DNA of 61,256 nucleotides, the filler included, from Dugesia japonica (Eukaryota), in assembly GCA_001938525.1 (NCBI GenBank). It is 5 parts of 5 records of this genome, joined end to end, with 100 filler letters (N's around TTAATTAATTAA, not from the genome) between each part and the next. Parts side by side here need not be neighbours in the genome. Positions count along the whole stretch, not along the records: positions 24,066 to 39,434 come from MQRL01643783.1; positions 39,535 to 51,598 come from MQRL01615350.1; 3 more parts are not named here. One strand, given 5' to 3'. Below, in pieces: positions 38,053 through 49,239 of the stretch. The notes under the pieces are model-generated. The model was not told where the DNA came from. It ran no database searches and saw nothing but the letters and a program-made list of their open reading frames with translations. The position numbers were made by a program, and so were the translations under genes. Within the stretch, counting starts at the first letter, position 1; each line of letters starts with the position of its first letter.

Positions 38053-39001
38053 CTTAAATTAAATAGTAATATTTATTCTATTATCATTATTAATGATAAT
38101 ATTTAAATAAAACAATAAAATGTTAATAGTAATTTAATTACATTCATTGCAACATTAAAAAATTAATTAATTAAAATTATTAATTGTAAATATTTCAGGC
38201 CTAAAGTATTTTCTATTTATTTGAAATCATAATTATTGTTTTTAATTTTATTAATTTTCAAAATCTTCATTTTAAAATAAATTTGCAAGCAATATTATAA
38301 CAATGTTGAACATATTTGAACTAATTATTTATGATTTCACNNNNNNNNNNNNNNNNNNNNNNNNNNNNNNNNNNNNNNNNNNNNNNNNNNNNNNNNNNNN
38401 NNNNNNNNNNNNNNNNNNNNNNNNNNNNNNNNNNNNNNNNNNNNNNNNNNNNNNNNNNNNNNNNNNNNNNNNNNNNTATTAAAATCAAAATATAATTTTA
38501 TATGTTATATTATAATATACTATTTTAATATATAATTTATTATTTAATTGATTAACTTATCAATAAGCAAGACTAAAAACTTCGCTGGTCATCACTGGCT
38601 GGTACATCGTACTTCATCGATCCTTGACAAACAGAATTTAATTTAACAAGATATATGTAAACCATATGTAAGAAATCCGAAACATTTGACATCAAATAAT
38701 GTTGCTNNNNNNNNNNNNNNNNNNNNNNNNNNNNNNNNNNNNNNNNNNNNNNNNNNNNNNNNNNNNNNNNNNNNNNNNNNNNNNNNNNNNNGAATATTAA
38801 TTAAAGTTAATATACTCGTAATATGTTAATATGAAAGTGATTTTATTTATTTAATTTAAATTTATTAAAATTATTCAACAATTTAAATTTATAATTTCTT
38901 TTCAGGGAGTCATAACTCTATGAATTTACATGATTTAGGTTTATGTCTTTCACTTTTTTATATTATTACTAATGTTATTATTATTTTTATTATTATTCAT
39001 C

Positions 39002-39371
39002 GAACATGGCACAACAATCACAGCTGAAATACATTTTAACCAACTAGACGAAATGATGCAAAACATTAGAAAAAAAACAGATCGACTCGTATCTTATTGC
39101 CTGATAACGCTAGACCACACATAACACAAATGACTGTGGCTAAACTCCAAGAACCGGAGTTGGAACTTCTTCATCAGCCCCCAACTGACTACCACTCCTC
39201 AGTTTGGAAATTTTTTAATTGGAAAACAATTTAATTCTGTGAATACTATAAAACTGGCCTCCAGACCTTCATTGACTCTCGTTTGCCAGAGTTTTATACC
39301 ACCGGCCTGAACAAGCAGCCACTTAAATGGCAAAAGTGTATACACAATATTGGTGCATACTTTGATGAATA
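39002..39371 (+). pseudogene. mariner transposase C-terminal remnant
   Basis: TITAE...QLDEM, LLPDNARPH, PTDYH and FYTTGLNKQPLKWQKCIHNIGAYFDE*. Confidence 0.88.
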
Positions 39372-39478
39372 ACATAATTGCTTATATTTGTAATTTATCG
39401 ATAAAGTTTGTCTTTTTTTCTACAAATTTCATTCNNNNNNNNNNNNNNNNNNNNNNNNNNNNNNNNNNNNNNNNNNNN

Positions 39479-39490
39479 TTAATTAATTAA
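39479..39490. other. Artificial contig linker TTAATTAATTAA
   Basis: Same N-flanked 12-mer. Confidence 0.95.
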
Positions 39491-41032
39491 NNNNNNNNNN
39501 NNNNNNNNNNNNNNNNNNNNNNNNNNNNNNNNNNATCATTTTTTTACTAAGTCGTGGAACCACATCACTTAGATTTCTCAATTCAATAAGACGTGGGATT
39601 GTACCAAAAAATATTTACAAGTTATTGTTTCATCGTAACGGAGTTATTGATATATCATTTGGATATTGCAATTTGTTCTCGCAAACTTAGGCGCCAAGTT
39701 GTAAAATTTCAGTAAGCATAAGATTAATAAACGGAAAGAAACAAATCCGTAGTGGTGGTAGAATAAACCAGTGATTTACCGATTAAGTTCTCCTCAAAAC
39801 ATCAAGCTCCCGTTGCAGCAGCTCTTTTATTCGACAATTTTATCCTACTCAATTATTTGTGAACATTTTGAAGTAATTATTTTAATTTAATTATGGATTA
39901 TATTCAATAACCAGAATAATAAATTTGTAAAAATAAATGTTAATGAATTTAAATCATTAATTTCTTAAAAAATGCAAAACTTATTAAATAATTTTTTATT
40001 AATTGACTTTTAACCAAAAACGACTATAATTTATTATGCCGATAAAGTTTTCGAGTTTAAGTTATAATGATATTAAATAGGCAACCAATAAGGCAAAAGC
40101 CAAAATCCTGCATTATAATATTAATCTCGTTACTCGGCACAATGTTTGCTTTTACAAATATTAGTGACCACTCTACTGAATAAGATCAGAGTCTATATAT
40201 TTTTTTGTGCGGTTCATAAAACTATTTAAATAATATATATATAAACACACTTATGATAAAAGCATATAAAGCGAATGAAGAAAAAACAATATTTTATTGA
40301 AATAGAACACATAACACCTCTATAAATTCTATAATCTAACATAAAAAAANNNNNNNNNNNNNNNNNNNNNNNNNNNNNNNNNNNNNNNNNNNNNNNNNNN
40401 NNNNNNNNNNNNNNNNNNNNNNNNNNNNNNNNNNNCATAAAAGGTGACAAATAATAAACCCATACCTGAATGCGATAAAGTGTTTGTAAATCCAAATGCA
40501 TAATCACTAAGAATCTATCATTAAATTCCACTAATTCGGCCTATGTTGAGATACAAGAAAATGATTTTAGTGAATAGCCCATAATGCATGTGAGGATAGT
40601 TGTAACACACCAACTCCCAATCAGACGTAAATTCATGCTCATGACNNNNNNNNNNNNNNNNNNNNNNNNNNNNNNNNNNNNNNNNNNNNNNNNNAAAAAT
40701 TGATATCTTATGATAAGCAGAATAAACTAATTATTAAACTGGAAATGTTGTAAATAAATAAAATAATTACAAAATAAGTGATTAAAATCCCTAGTACGAC
40801 TATCGGACATTAATATTAAAAGTGGAAGACTCGTTATATAAATATTCTGGTAACGGTAATAATAATAAAATTGATAATAAAGATTAACACTAGGAGCCGT
40901 GATGATACTGAATCATGATATGATCAATGTCAATATTAATAATCTAATAAAATAATGGTCCGACCTTAGCATCCATGGACTTTTTCTTTTCTAAATAATC
41001 ATGTAATTTGCAGCTCTAATTTTGTTTCAGCA

Positions 41033-41257
41033 ATGACCACCCGCCTACAAAATATGTTACGGTGGATTAGGAAACAACGACAATCTGCCAGGAATAAACA
41101 ATTAATCGCATATTTTTTGACTGATGGAGCTGTGCAGCATCCCGACGAAACGGATCTCCAATGTTTCGTCAAAATGTTCCCGATGGAACTTCAGGTGGAT
41201 ATAGACGAGGAGTAACCCTGCTTCCCAATCGAACTTCGGTTACATGAATCGGTGTAA
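41033..41257 (+). pseudogene. Small ORF with a degenerate LxCxE-like motif (candidate adintovirus 'oncoid')
   Basis: Acceptor tttgtttcag at 41021-41030, ATG 41033, QHPDETDLQCFVKMFP..DIDEE. The TAA at 41213 is followed in frame by PCFPIELRL, which repeats FPMELQV. Confidence 0.55.
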
Positions 41258-41392
41258 CAATACAGAAACATTAAACTATATTTGATTTAGTTAATCTAAA
41301 ATAAAACTGCATGATTATTATGTGTTTTCTCCCTTTTATTTGTTGCTTATGATCCTTTCTAATTCCCTTAGTATTTTCCAGAATTTGGCACC

Positions 41393-41737
41393 ATGGATTT
41401 TAAATGGGAGATCTTGCGCGAGCGCTATACTGACCGAATAATATTCAAGCGGTATCGTAATCCATACGACCGTAATGCGGCTGCTACCATAGACTTCTCA
41501 ACTTTATCGCCTGAAGAGGCGAACCAGGAACGAGAGTGGGCGGCCCTCACGCGTCAGGTCTAGTATGATTGGAGCGGCCCCGATCGGAAGCGCGAGGTGA
41601 TGCATCGCGTCACGTCGGTTGACCCCATAACCAATCACGTGACCACCCACTGGAGAGATGGACCCTCACTTTTTCCAGTCCCTTTTGGACACCTGCCGCA
41701 AAGCGATAGTTTCGTTCTTGATATGAGTGATACTTGA
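41393..41737 (+). pseudogene. Orphan ORF, paralog 1 (114 codons, one in-frame TAG at 41561)
   Basis: Acceptor ttttccag ending 41381, gcaccATGg context; MDFKWEIL...FKRYRNPYDRNA. Not in the supplied ORF track. Confidence 0.65.
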
Positions 41738-41926
41738 AAGACTTGTATATTAGTCTCACGACGAAGTGTAACTAAATGGTGTTTAGGCCATCGAATAAAT
41801 TAATCATGTTATTTTATTTTTGGAGCGCTCTTAATTGTTTTCTATACTCATCAATTTTTGTTCATCCTAATAAAATCGTCTTGGTTAAACATAAATTTAT
41901 CGATTCGCTTTTGTAGATTTCCAATA

Positions 41927-42343
41927 ATGGAATACATTTGGAATGTGACCACCAATATCCAGACTGGGCTATCCACCTTCCAAAAATACCGGAATCCTCA
42001 TAACCGAAATGCAGGGGTGCTGGTATACAACTCCAACATAGCCCCCGAGCTAGCCACTGAATATCGCAGCTGNNNNNNNNNNNNNNNNNNNNNNNNNNNN
42101 NNNNNNNNNNNNNNNNNNNNNNNNNNNNNNNNNNNNNNNNNNNNNNNNNNNNNNNNNNNNNNNNNNNNNNNNNNNNNNNNNNNNNNNNNNNNNNNNNNNN
42201 NNNNNNNNNNNNNNNNNNNNNNNNNNNNNNNCCAATTACCCTCCTACGAGCACCTGTCATCCTTTGTGCAAAATAATTTATGGAGCGTGCGTAACTCCCT
42301 GGGTAACGCCAGTGACGAAAACGCTTCCAGAAGAGGCTCGTGA
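41927..42343 (+). CDS. Orphan ORF, paralog 2 (middle hidden by N-run)
   Basis: Acceptor cttttgtag ending 41916, ATG 41927; 16 of the first 47 residues are identical to paralog 1 without gaps. Confidence 0.65.
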   Translation: MEYIWNVTTNIQTGLSTFQKYRNPHNRNAGVLVYNSNIAPELATEYRSXXXXXXXXXXXXXXXXXXXXXXXXXXXXXXXXXXXXXXXXXXXXXXXXXXXXXXQLPSYEHLSSFVQNNLWSVRNSLGNASDENASRRGS

Positions 42344-42496
42344 CCTTTATTTTTTTGTAATTGTATTTAATTTAATATTTCAGGTTTACTCGTTGTCTTA
42401 TTTCCTCATGGGAACTTAAATAGGTTGAATAAGAGCTTTGCTGTTTTATTATATAATCATCATAATAACAAACCTTAATCATACTATCTCTTTTAG

Positions 42497-42860
42497 TGCA
42501 CTCTTCGCTAAATCGTACGCCTGCCCCAACAAAGAAAATACGCGAGGACAGTGAGGACATAGAGATGTTCTGGAGCCTTTATCGATTGGCCAAGCGTCGT
42601 TGGGAAGCCGACTTGGCTACAGCAAATGCCAAAGTGAAGCGCTATAAAAATAAATGCACCAGCGTTAGAGAGGAATTAAGACTGGCGCAGGAACAAGAAA
42701 GAGCATGGAAAGCTCAAGTTGAATCCTTCGCCGAAATGATCCAGTCCAGCCATGACCGAGAAAATAAACTGGTTAATTTCTCTTGTTAAAGGAAAAGTCA
42801 TACCTTGAGCCCCTTATGATCGATAAGGGTACCCAAACAAAAAACGTTTCTCGCCCATGA
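42497..42860 (+). pseudogene. Coiled-coil orphan ORF with a frameshifted tail containing DKGTQT
   Basis: Acceptor tctcttttag ending 42496; heptad-like region; the -1 frame from about 42777 reads FLLLKEKSYLEPLMIDKGTQTKNVSRP*. Confidence 0.5.
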
Positions 42861-42995
42861 TCCTGAAGTTATGTAAAGATAAATATCACTTTTGGTTATC
42901 CAGTCACTTGTGAATTTAAATTTTTTTTTTATGATGGTAGAATGTTGAACACTTTACTGTATTTTGCCATCTACTTAATGATTTATCTATTTCAG

Positions 42996-43306
42996 TGGCT
43001 AGAATCCAATTTCCCAATAGTTTAAGACGTTGTCATCGCCTCTTACGTCATCTCTTCGTCGAACGACATCTGAAAAGAAAAACAGATAAGGCTTTGTTGA
43101 AACATCTCGATCAAAGAGATCGATTAATAAAAAAATTAGATCTAGTGATAAAAAAGCAANNNNNNNNNNNNNNNNNNNNNNNNNNNNNNNNNNNNNNNNN
43201 NNNNCTTTTACTACAGCGAAAGGTGGACTTCCTGAAACAATACATCGCTGATCTGTCACGCCAACTAGGAAATCCTAATATGTCCCAATGGGATGAAGAT
43301 GACGAC
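42996..43306 (+). CDS. Basic/coiled-coil orphan ORF with acidic tail
   Basis: Acceptor tctatttcag ending 42995; leucine-periodic segment, then WDEDD before an N-run. Confidence 0.5.
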
Positions 43307-43499
43307 NNNNNNNNNNNNNNNNNNNNNNNNNNNNNNNNNNNNNNNNNNNNNNNNNNNNNNNNNNNNNNNNNNNNNNNNNNNNNNNNNNNNNNNNNNNNNN
43401 NNNNNNNNNNNNNNNNNNNNNNNNNNNNNNNNNNNNNNNNNNNNNNNNNNNNNNNNNNNNNNNNNNNNNNNNNNNNNNNNNNNNNNNNNNNNNNNNNNN

Positions 43500-43607
43500 T
43501 AAACTGAAAACCTGCCACAGGGACGGTAGGGTCAAATTCTTGAAAGGGTTCCCCTGAGGACTGTTTTTCCCCCAGTCGCTTTTTCTAACTCAGGTAGAAC
43601 CCCAACA
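43500..43607 (+). repeat. 3' end of a putative LTR (…gtagaaccccaaca)
   Basis: The same terminal 14-mer occurs at about 50844-50857 and 50982-50995; the complementary start tgttggggt is at 49240. Confidence 0.5.
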
Positions 43608-43639
43608 GTATTCCAATTCGATAAATCCACTTTTAAAAT

Positions 43640-43850
43640 GTGATGACATTTATATAGATACTTTTGTATTACCACATCATTATTAAAGGAGCCTCAAATT
43701 TTTATATTTTCTTTTTCATTGATAAAATCCTCCATAGCAATATCTTCATTCATTTTGTCTAAGAATTTAAAATCAGGCTATTGTTTCTTTTCATTATTCA
43801 ACTTCAATTTTTCAATCAATTTTTCTTCATTATTTAAACTTGATGGTTTT
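43640..43850 (-). pseudogene. Possible packaging ATPase mid-fragment (decayed Walker B region)
   Basis: ...DFINEKENIKI*GSFNNDVV resembles hhhFDD; support is mainly contextual. Confidence 0.3.
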
Positions 43851-44405
43851 TTTCTTGCTTTATTACCAGTATGCACAAAGTATTTCTTCAAAGCACCTCT
43901 CAATATACGATTGAATCTCTCTACGTGTACTGCCTTATATTGAGAGAATACAAAATAATTTTTAAATGTTTTATAAGATTTTTGAATTTGCTGTTGTAGA
44001 AGTCTTTACCATATCGGTTTGTCAATTATTTGGATGTCCATCTTTGAACATTTACTTTATTGCTGGCCTCATATTATTAACAGAACTTGATTTTATCGGT
44101 ACTTCTCTTGCAAATCTACTAAATGCATCGATACATTTCAAATTATACTTGAATCCTATATTAATCTCTGAATATGGGATCATTTCCAACAAATACATTT
44201 GCCATAAATCATCAATACCATATTTTTTATACGCTGTTGTTGGAGATTTTATCAATATTAGTTTGTTTAGACTGTATGCTAGTTGACTCGATAACCACGT
44301 TTTTGTCTTTGTTCTTGTTTTTTGTGCTGCTTACATCAACGTTTATACGCTATGAAAACCTGCGGGGATTTTTGGATCCGTCCATATTGTCTGTAGTTTG
44401 ACCAT
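43850..44405 (-). pseudogene. Polinton retroviral-like (rve) integrase, N-terminal and core parts
   Basis: IWTDPKIPAGF...TWLSSQLAYSLNK...YGIDDLWQMYL...GFKYNLKCIDAFSRFA...QTD...KAVHVERFNRIL. Confidence 0.9.
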
Positions 44406-44469
44406 TACAACAATAGGATAAAAATTTCAAATCAAAATTTGGTAAAGATTGTATACCACACATTTTATA

Positions 44470-44710
44470 TATAAAATGAGTTAAGCTCAATACTACCAAT
44501 ACAATTGGAAGTAATGTTGCTATAAAATCTCACTCTTATTTATTCATAACTTCTCTCCATAATCTCCTATTTTTTGTATTTACCAGCGATAATAAAGACG
44601 TTTTATGTCTTTTCAATCTTTCGTTTTGAGCTTTGCTAATGGTTATATTACCATTAACAGTATTTATAATAATTTCAACTTTTAGTTTTGTAAATAAATT
44701 TCATTCATTA
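44470..44710 (-). pseudogene. Small basic Polinton virion core-type protein
   Basis: EIIINTVNGNITISKAQNERLKRHKTSLLSL...DFIATLLPIVL resembles the E...N...GN.......L..HK...QxGGF..LL family found between ATPase and integrase. Confidence 0.55.
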
Positions 44711-44749
44711 TTTTATTTATTTCTTTACTTAAATAATCGATCCTGTTTT

Positions 44750-44980
44750 TGATAATTGGGTTTGAGATAACTCGTATTTCACTCCGCTATACTTCTCTAC
44801 TTTTTTATCTCGTTCTAACCCAACAAAGCCATTAGGTCAAAATCTAGTTAAAATTGAGCAAAACTCTTCCAAACATTTCAATTCAAACTGTTTTTAAATT
44901 AGAATAGGCTCAAAGATCAAATTAATAACAACAATAAAATGAAATTACCCGATTTACCAACTAATAATGCTTTTATTATC
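44750..44980 (-). pseudogene. Polinton packaging ATPase remnant (internally deleted)
   Basis: KALLVGKSG Walker A start and a C-terminal EEFC....PNGFV segment. Confidence 0.55.
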
Positions 44981-45780
44981 ATAAAGTCTAAACCTTTGCT
45001 CGAAAGGTTAACACTAGTAAATTTAACAATATTTTAGTCACTAATGATAATAATAACACATACAAAACTTATCGTTATAGATGATTTTCTGCTAAAATAC
45101 TTAAAGTGAATAATAATGACACTGTCTATCTAACTTGCAAACTACTGACAATAGTAATTTCAACATTCTTACAGAAAGGTTCATTTACAGTGCACATATG
45201 AAAATGGCTTTGTCTATTGGATCAGAGGCATTGATAAATCAATTCGTTTCGAAGAGACGAATATTCTGTAAAATCTTTTGTACAAACACTTAAGATGCTA
45301 GTATGATCTGATGAGATTATACGCGATGTGACAAGCCACGGCATTATTCTGGCAGCTTTCTATCTGGTAAAATTATTAATTAATAATTATTTTCTTATAT
45401 CCCACTTTTAAAGAAATTTTTTAAGTTTTCCACATTTTTTTCTAATTGCTGTCTATTTTGTCCTTGTACCGGATACCGTCTTTAGTGAATTTTCTCCATT
45501 ATTCAACAAGAATCTTCAAATCTGTTTTGGCTTTTATTTCTTGCTTCTACCTTGATGATTACAAAATCGTCCACTTTAAATTCTCTTTTAGTAGTCACTT
45601 GTGAAATTATTTCCTTATTTTTCTCCGGAACATCTGACTTGTACCACTTTTCTCTGTTAATTTTCTTTCTAAAAAAATTTCAGTCAGCCTCTTTCCAGTT
45701 AAGTATTCTTGTTTTAATCTTACTTTCTTTGGTATCTTCATGTAACATTTGACACTCTACACATACTTCACATTTTGAAC
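44980..45780 (-). mobile_element. 3' end of a second Gypsy element (integrase tail, PPT, LTR)
   Basis: KREFKVDDFVIIKVEARNKSQNRF...IMEKIH..Y...EKNVENLK is homologous to 27830-27960. Purine tract aaaagtggga at 45400-45409 (minus strand), then LTR-like sequence. Confidence 0.7.
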
Positions 45781-46899
45781 TAAAGTTTCCCGCCCAAAAA
45801 AATATTTAAAATTCCCACTAAATTTACTGATTAATTAAAACAAAAACTGAGTCACAGTTAAAAAATTTGAAATTCCCAGTATATATACTTAATTAAAACA
45901 AATATACTGTAGATAGGCCAGCATGCTTTCACTTTTTTATGGGTTAATTGATCTCCTTCGTCTCTTCTTTCCTTTTCTTTCTCCTAGCTCTCTAAACAAA
46001 CAAGCACAAAAAAAATCAATATTAAAACACATAAAAAATCTGTCAAGGTCGAAAATCAATAAATTCAAATACCAATAAATTCAAATATCAATAAAATCAA
46101 AAATCAATCTAATTAATCTATCTACCTATTTTACAAAAATCTATTATTTCTTAGAAACAAATAAAAATTTTANAAAATATCTGTTAATTATAAACAAATT
46201 TTAACAAACATGACCAAATTGTATATAAATGGGTTTATTTCATGATCATACAACAAATTTCATGTTATATACCTGCGACTTACTTGTTTTATACACAAAA
46301 ATTTATAAAGTATACCGACTCTTACAAAATATGTACAACATTAATGAGTTTACAATAATTCTATTTGGATAGATACAAATTTCAATAATTTACGTATAAA
46401 TTTCATCAGAATATATGCATAGTTCATACAATTATACACAAATCCTAAAAGATTTAATAAAACATTAGCACTTTATACTTAATGATTACATTATGTTATA
46501 TACAAATCTACATAAATATAACTTTAGCTTTTTATTTTGCTTGCATTTGTATTGTATTCATATTGTATGAATAAGTAGTCATGTATGTATTACACACTGA
46601 CAGAAGAGGTGGAAAAATAGGCACACGTTTACAGAAGAGATAGAAAAAATACAATCAAATATAACCAAATTTCATTATAAGGTATACAAAAACGTGATTT
46701 CACAAGAAGTATATCAATGGACAATGCATAAAATTTCTTAAATAAGTTGGATTAATGATTTACACATCCAAGTTTTATATAAAATAATTATATAATACAT
46801 TTAGAGCACAGTAATTTTATATATTTACTTAAAAACTCTTTAAAAATATATTAAGGCCATAGACTTTTCATTAAAATATACAACAATTTCAATACATAA

Positions 46900-47430
46900 A
46901 TTTGAATATGAACTGATTTCATAAAGTCTTATAAAAATTAATTATTTACTTAGAAACATATAACAATGTCATGAAAATATCTAGAAATTTCATTGCCTAA
47001 GACATCTATATAGTTTTATATGGGCAATTAATTAAGTTTAATTCATGGAATCATCATGACTGCATACTAGAAATCAATACCGATACAGTTTCATACTGAA
47101 AAACAATATAGTTTCATCGTGTAAATAAATAGTTTTATACTGAAAAACATCAAGGTACCATTCAGGAAATCAGGGCAATTTCAAACAGAAAGTAATGCAG
47201 TTTCATAGAAGAAACCAATATTGTTTCACACATGAAACCATTATAGATTTTATCCCATCATATGATTTCATAACGTTTTATACAAATCTACTAATTTATT
47301 AGAAACATAACAATTTCATGAAAATATCAGTAAATGGTATTGTCTAAGACAGCTTCATTGTTTCATATTAGCAATCGATATAGTTTCAAACTTTATCATA
47401 TAGTAAATCAATATAGTTTTAAATAAAGTT
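46900..47430. repeat. Degenerate ~22-bp minisatellite (atatagtttcatactgaaaaac) with an internal duplication
   Basis: Recurring agtttcat cores; 46950-47030 is similar to 47300-47380. Confidence 0.55.
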
Positions 47431-47965
47431 AAATAAAGAAAAGTTAAAGTTTAAATAATATAATTTTGATTTACTTATATAGTTTTCATTAATCAGTATT
47501 GTTTGGGATCCTGTGGATTTAATAATTACAAGTAATCATTTATGAGTTTATCATTTTCAGCAATATGTCGCACAATAATGAGAGTTTATCTGTAACTAGC
47601 AATAAACATAAAATAATTACTTTAATTGTTAAATGAGTTTGCAACAGACATTTTTAAATTCAAGAGGCCAACATTTTCTATTTCAAAATGAGGCAAAGAA
47701 AAAAAACAATTAACATCAATTTGTTATTTTATCGAATTAGAAACTTTGTATAATACTTGAAACTTTTATTATTAGAAATTTATTAAAATTTATTGATTTA
47801 TTGTTAATAAATAACGCCGTTTAAAATATAATTTATTGTTCTATATTTCGACGGATCATGGGATTGTTCAGTTTGTTTTATTTAAACATAAAAATTCAAA
47901 AAAATATTTAAAATGTTTAATATTTATGGAAAATTTTAAAAAACCTATGAAAAAATAAAAATGCC

Positions 47966-48177
47966 AGTAGATAGATATTGGCGCAATGTACTACCCCTCC
48001 CACGTCAAGGTCAAAATTTTCAAGGTCACTAGTACAGTATATTCGATATTGATTGGTCAATGGTATAAAATACTCGATTCTGATTGGTTGAAATTTTCAA
48101 GGTCATATTAGTTCAAGGTTGGCGGTAAATAGTATATTCGATTCTGATTAGTTGAAATTTTCAAGGTCAGTTTTACA
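47966..48177 (+). mobile_element. Putative Polinton-like terminal region with TCAAGGTCA/GATTGG repeats
   Basis: Begins AGTAGA; TCAAGGTCA at 48005, 48020, 48097 and 48161; repeated tcgattctgattggttgaaattttcaaggtca units. Confidence 0.45.
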
Positions 48178-49239
48178 NNNNNNNNNNNNNNNNNNNNNNN
48201 NNNNNNNNNNNNNNNNNNNNNNNNNNNNNNNNNNNNNNNNNNNNNNNNNNNNNNNNNNGCAGACTAAGTATTTTTTTGTTTTAATGTTAAAATTTTTTGG
48301 TTTAAATTAATTGATTTTTATGATTTGTTTAAAGTTACTAATTTTAAAGATTTTTATATAAATTAAGTGATTTAATTATTTTATGGATTTTTCAAAGAAA
48401 ATCGATGGAAAAACATTTGTTTTTAAATTTTCAAATTTGAAGTGAATTTTCGCCGAGTAATATTAACATCAATATAAATCGCTCTGGGCAATATTAAGAT
48501 TAGAGGCTTTTCATACAATGTTAAAAATAATATATAAAAAACAAATGAAAAGACTTATCAAAACATAAAATTTATTGTTGATAAAACATAAATGATCACA
48601 GTCATTACGTACAGTTGTTTAAATCTAGATCTTAATTATCAATTAGATTTTAATAGTACAAATTAATTAGTTTAAATAACAAAATAAATTACCAGTAAAT
48701 GTGCTTCTTTNNNNNNNNNNNNNNNNNNNNNNNNNNNNNNNNNNNNNNAGTTCAATTAAAATCAATAAATTAAGTAAAAATTATGAAGTTAAAATTTGAT
48801 AATATTAATTTGATAAAGTTTAAATCATTACATTAAAAATTGAAATTAAATTATAATCAAATTAAAATAAAATCATTAACTTATAATTATTAAACAAAGT
48901 CATTAACCTAAGATTTAATCTTAATAAATCTAACCTCTTTCATGAATTTCTTTTGTCAAATTGTCATAAAATTCCTTTGACACATCATTTATTTTTTCAG
49001 TCTAAAAAATTAATCAATAACAATAAATTAATTAATTAAACTTACCACGTTAAAACTTCTCATCATATTTATTGAAAAAGTTTTCATTGAATTCATTTTG
49101 TTTTTATCTAAAAAAATCATTAAAATAAATTAACAAATAAATATTCACTTATTTTATAATAAATTTTCAAGGTCATCTACTATTTTATTTATTTAACTCA
49201 GTTAAAGAAAAAATATATATAATAATTTCCATATAATAA

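Noticed and set aside
39535-39840. Coding-like minus-strand stretch upstream of the ORF cassette
   Set aside because: Multiple stops in the frames I read and no recognisable motif.
43719-44401. Plus-strand ORFs 43719-43943, 43966-44286, 44174-44401
   Set aside because: Antisense shadows of the Polinton integrase/ATPase remnants.
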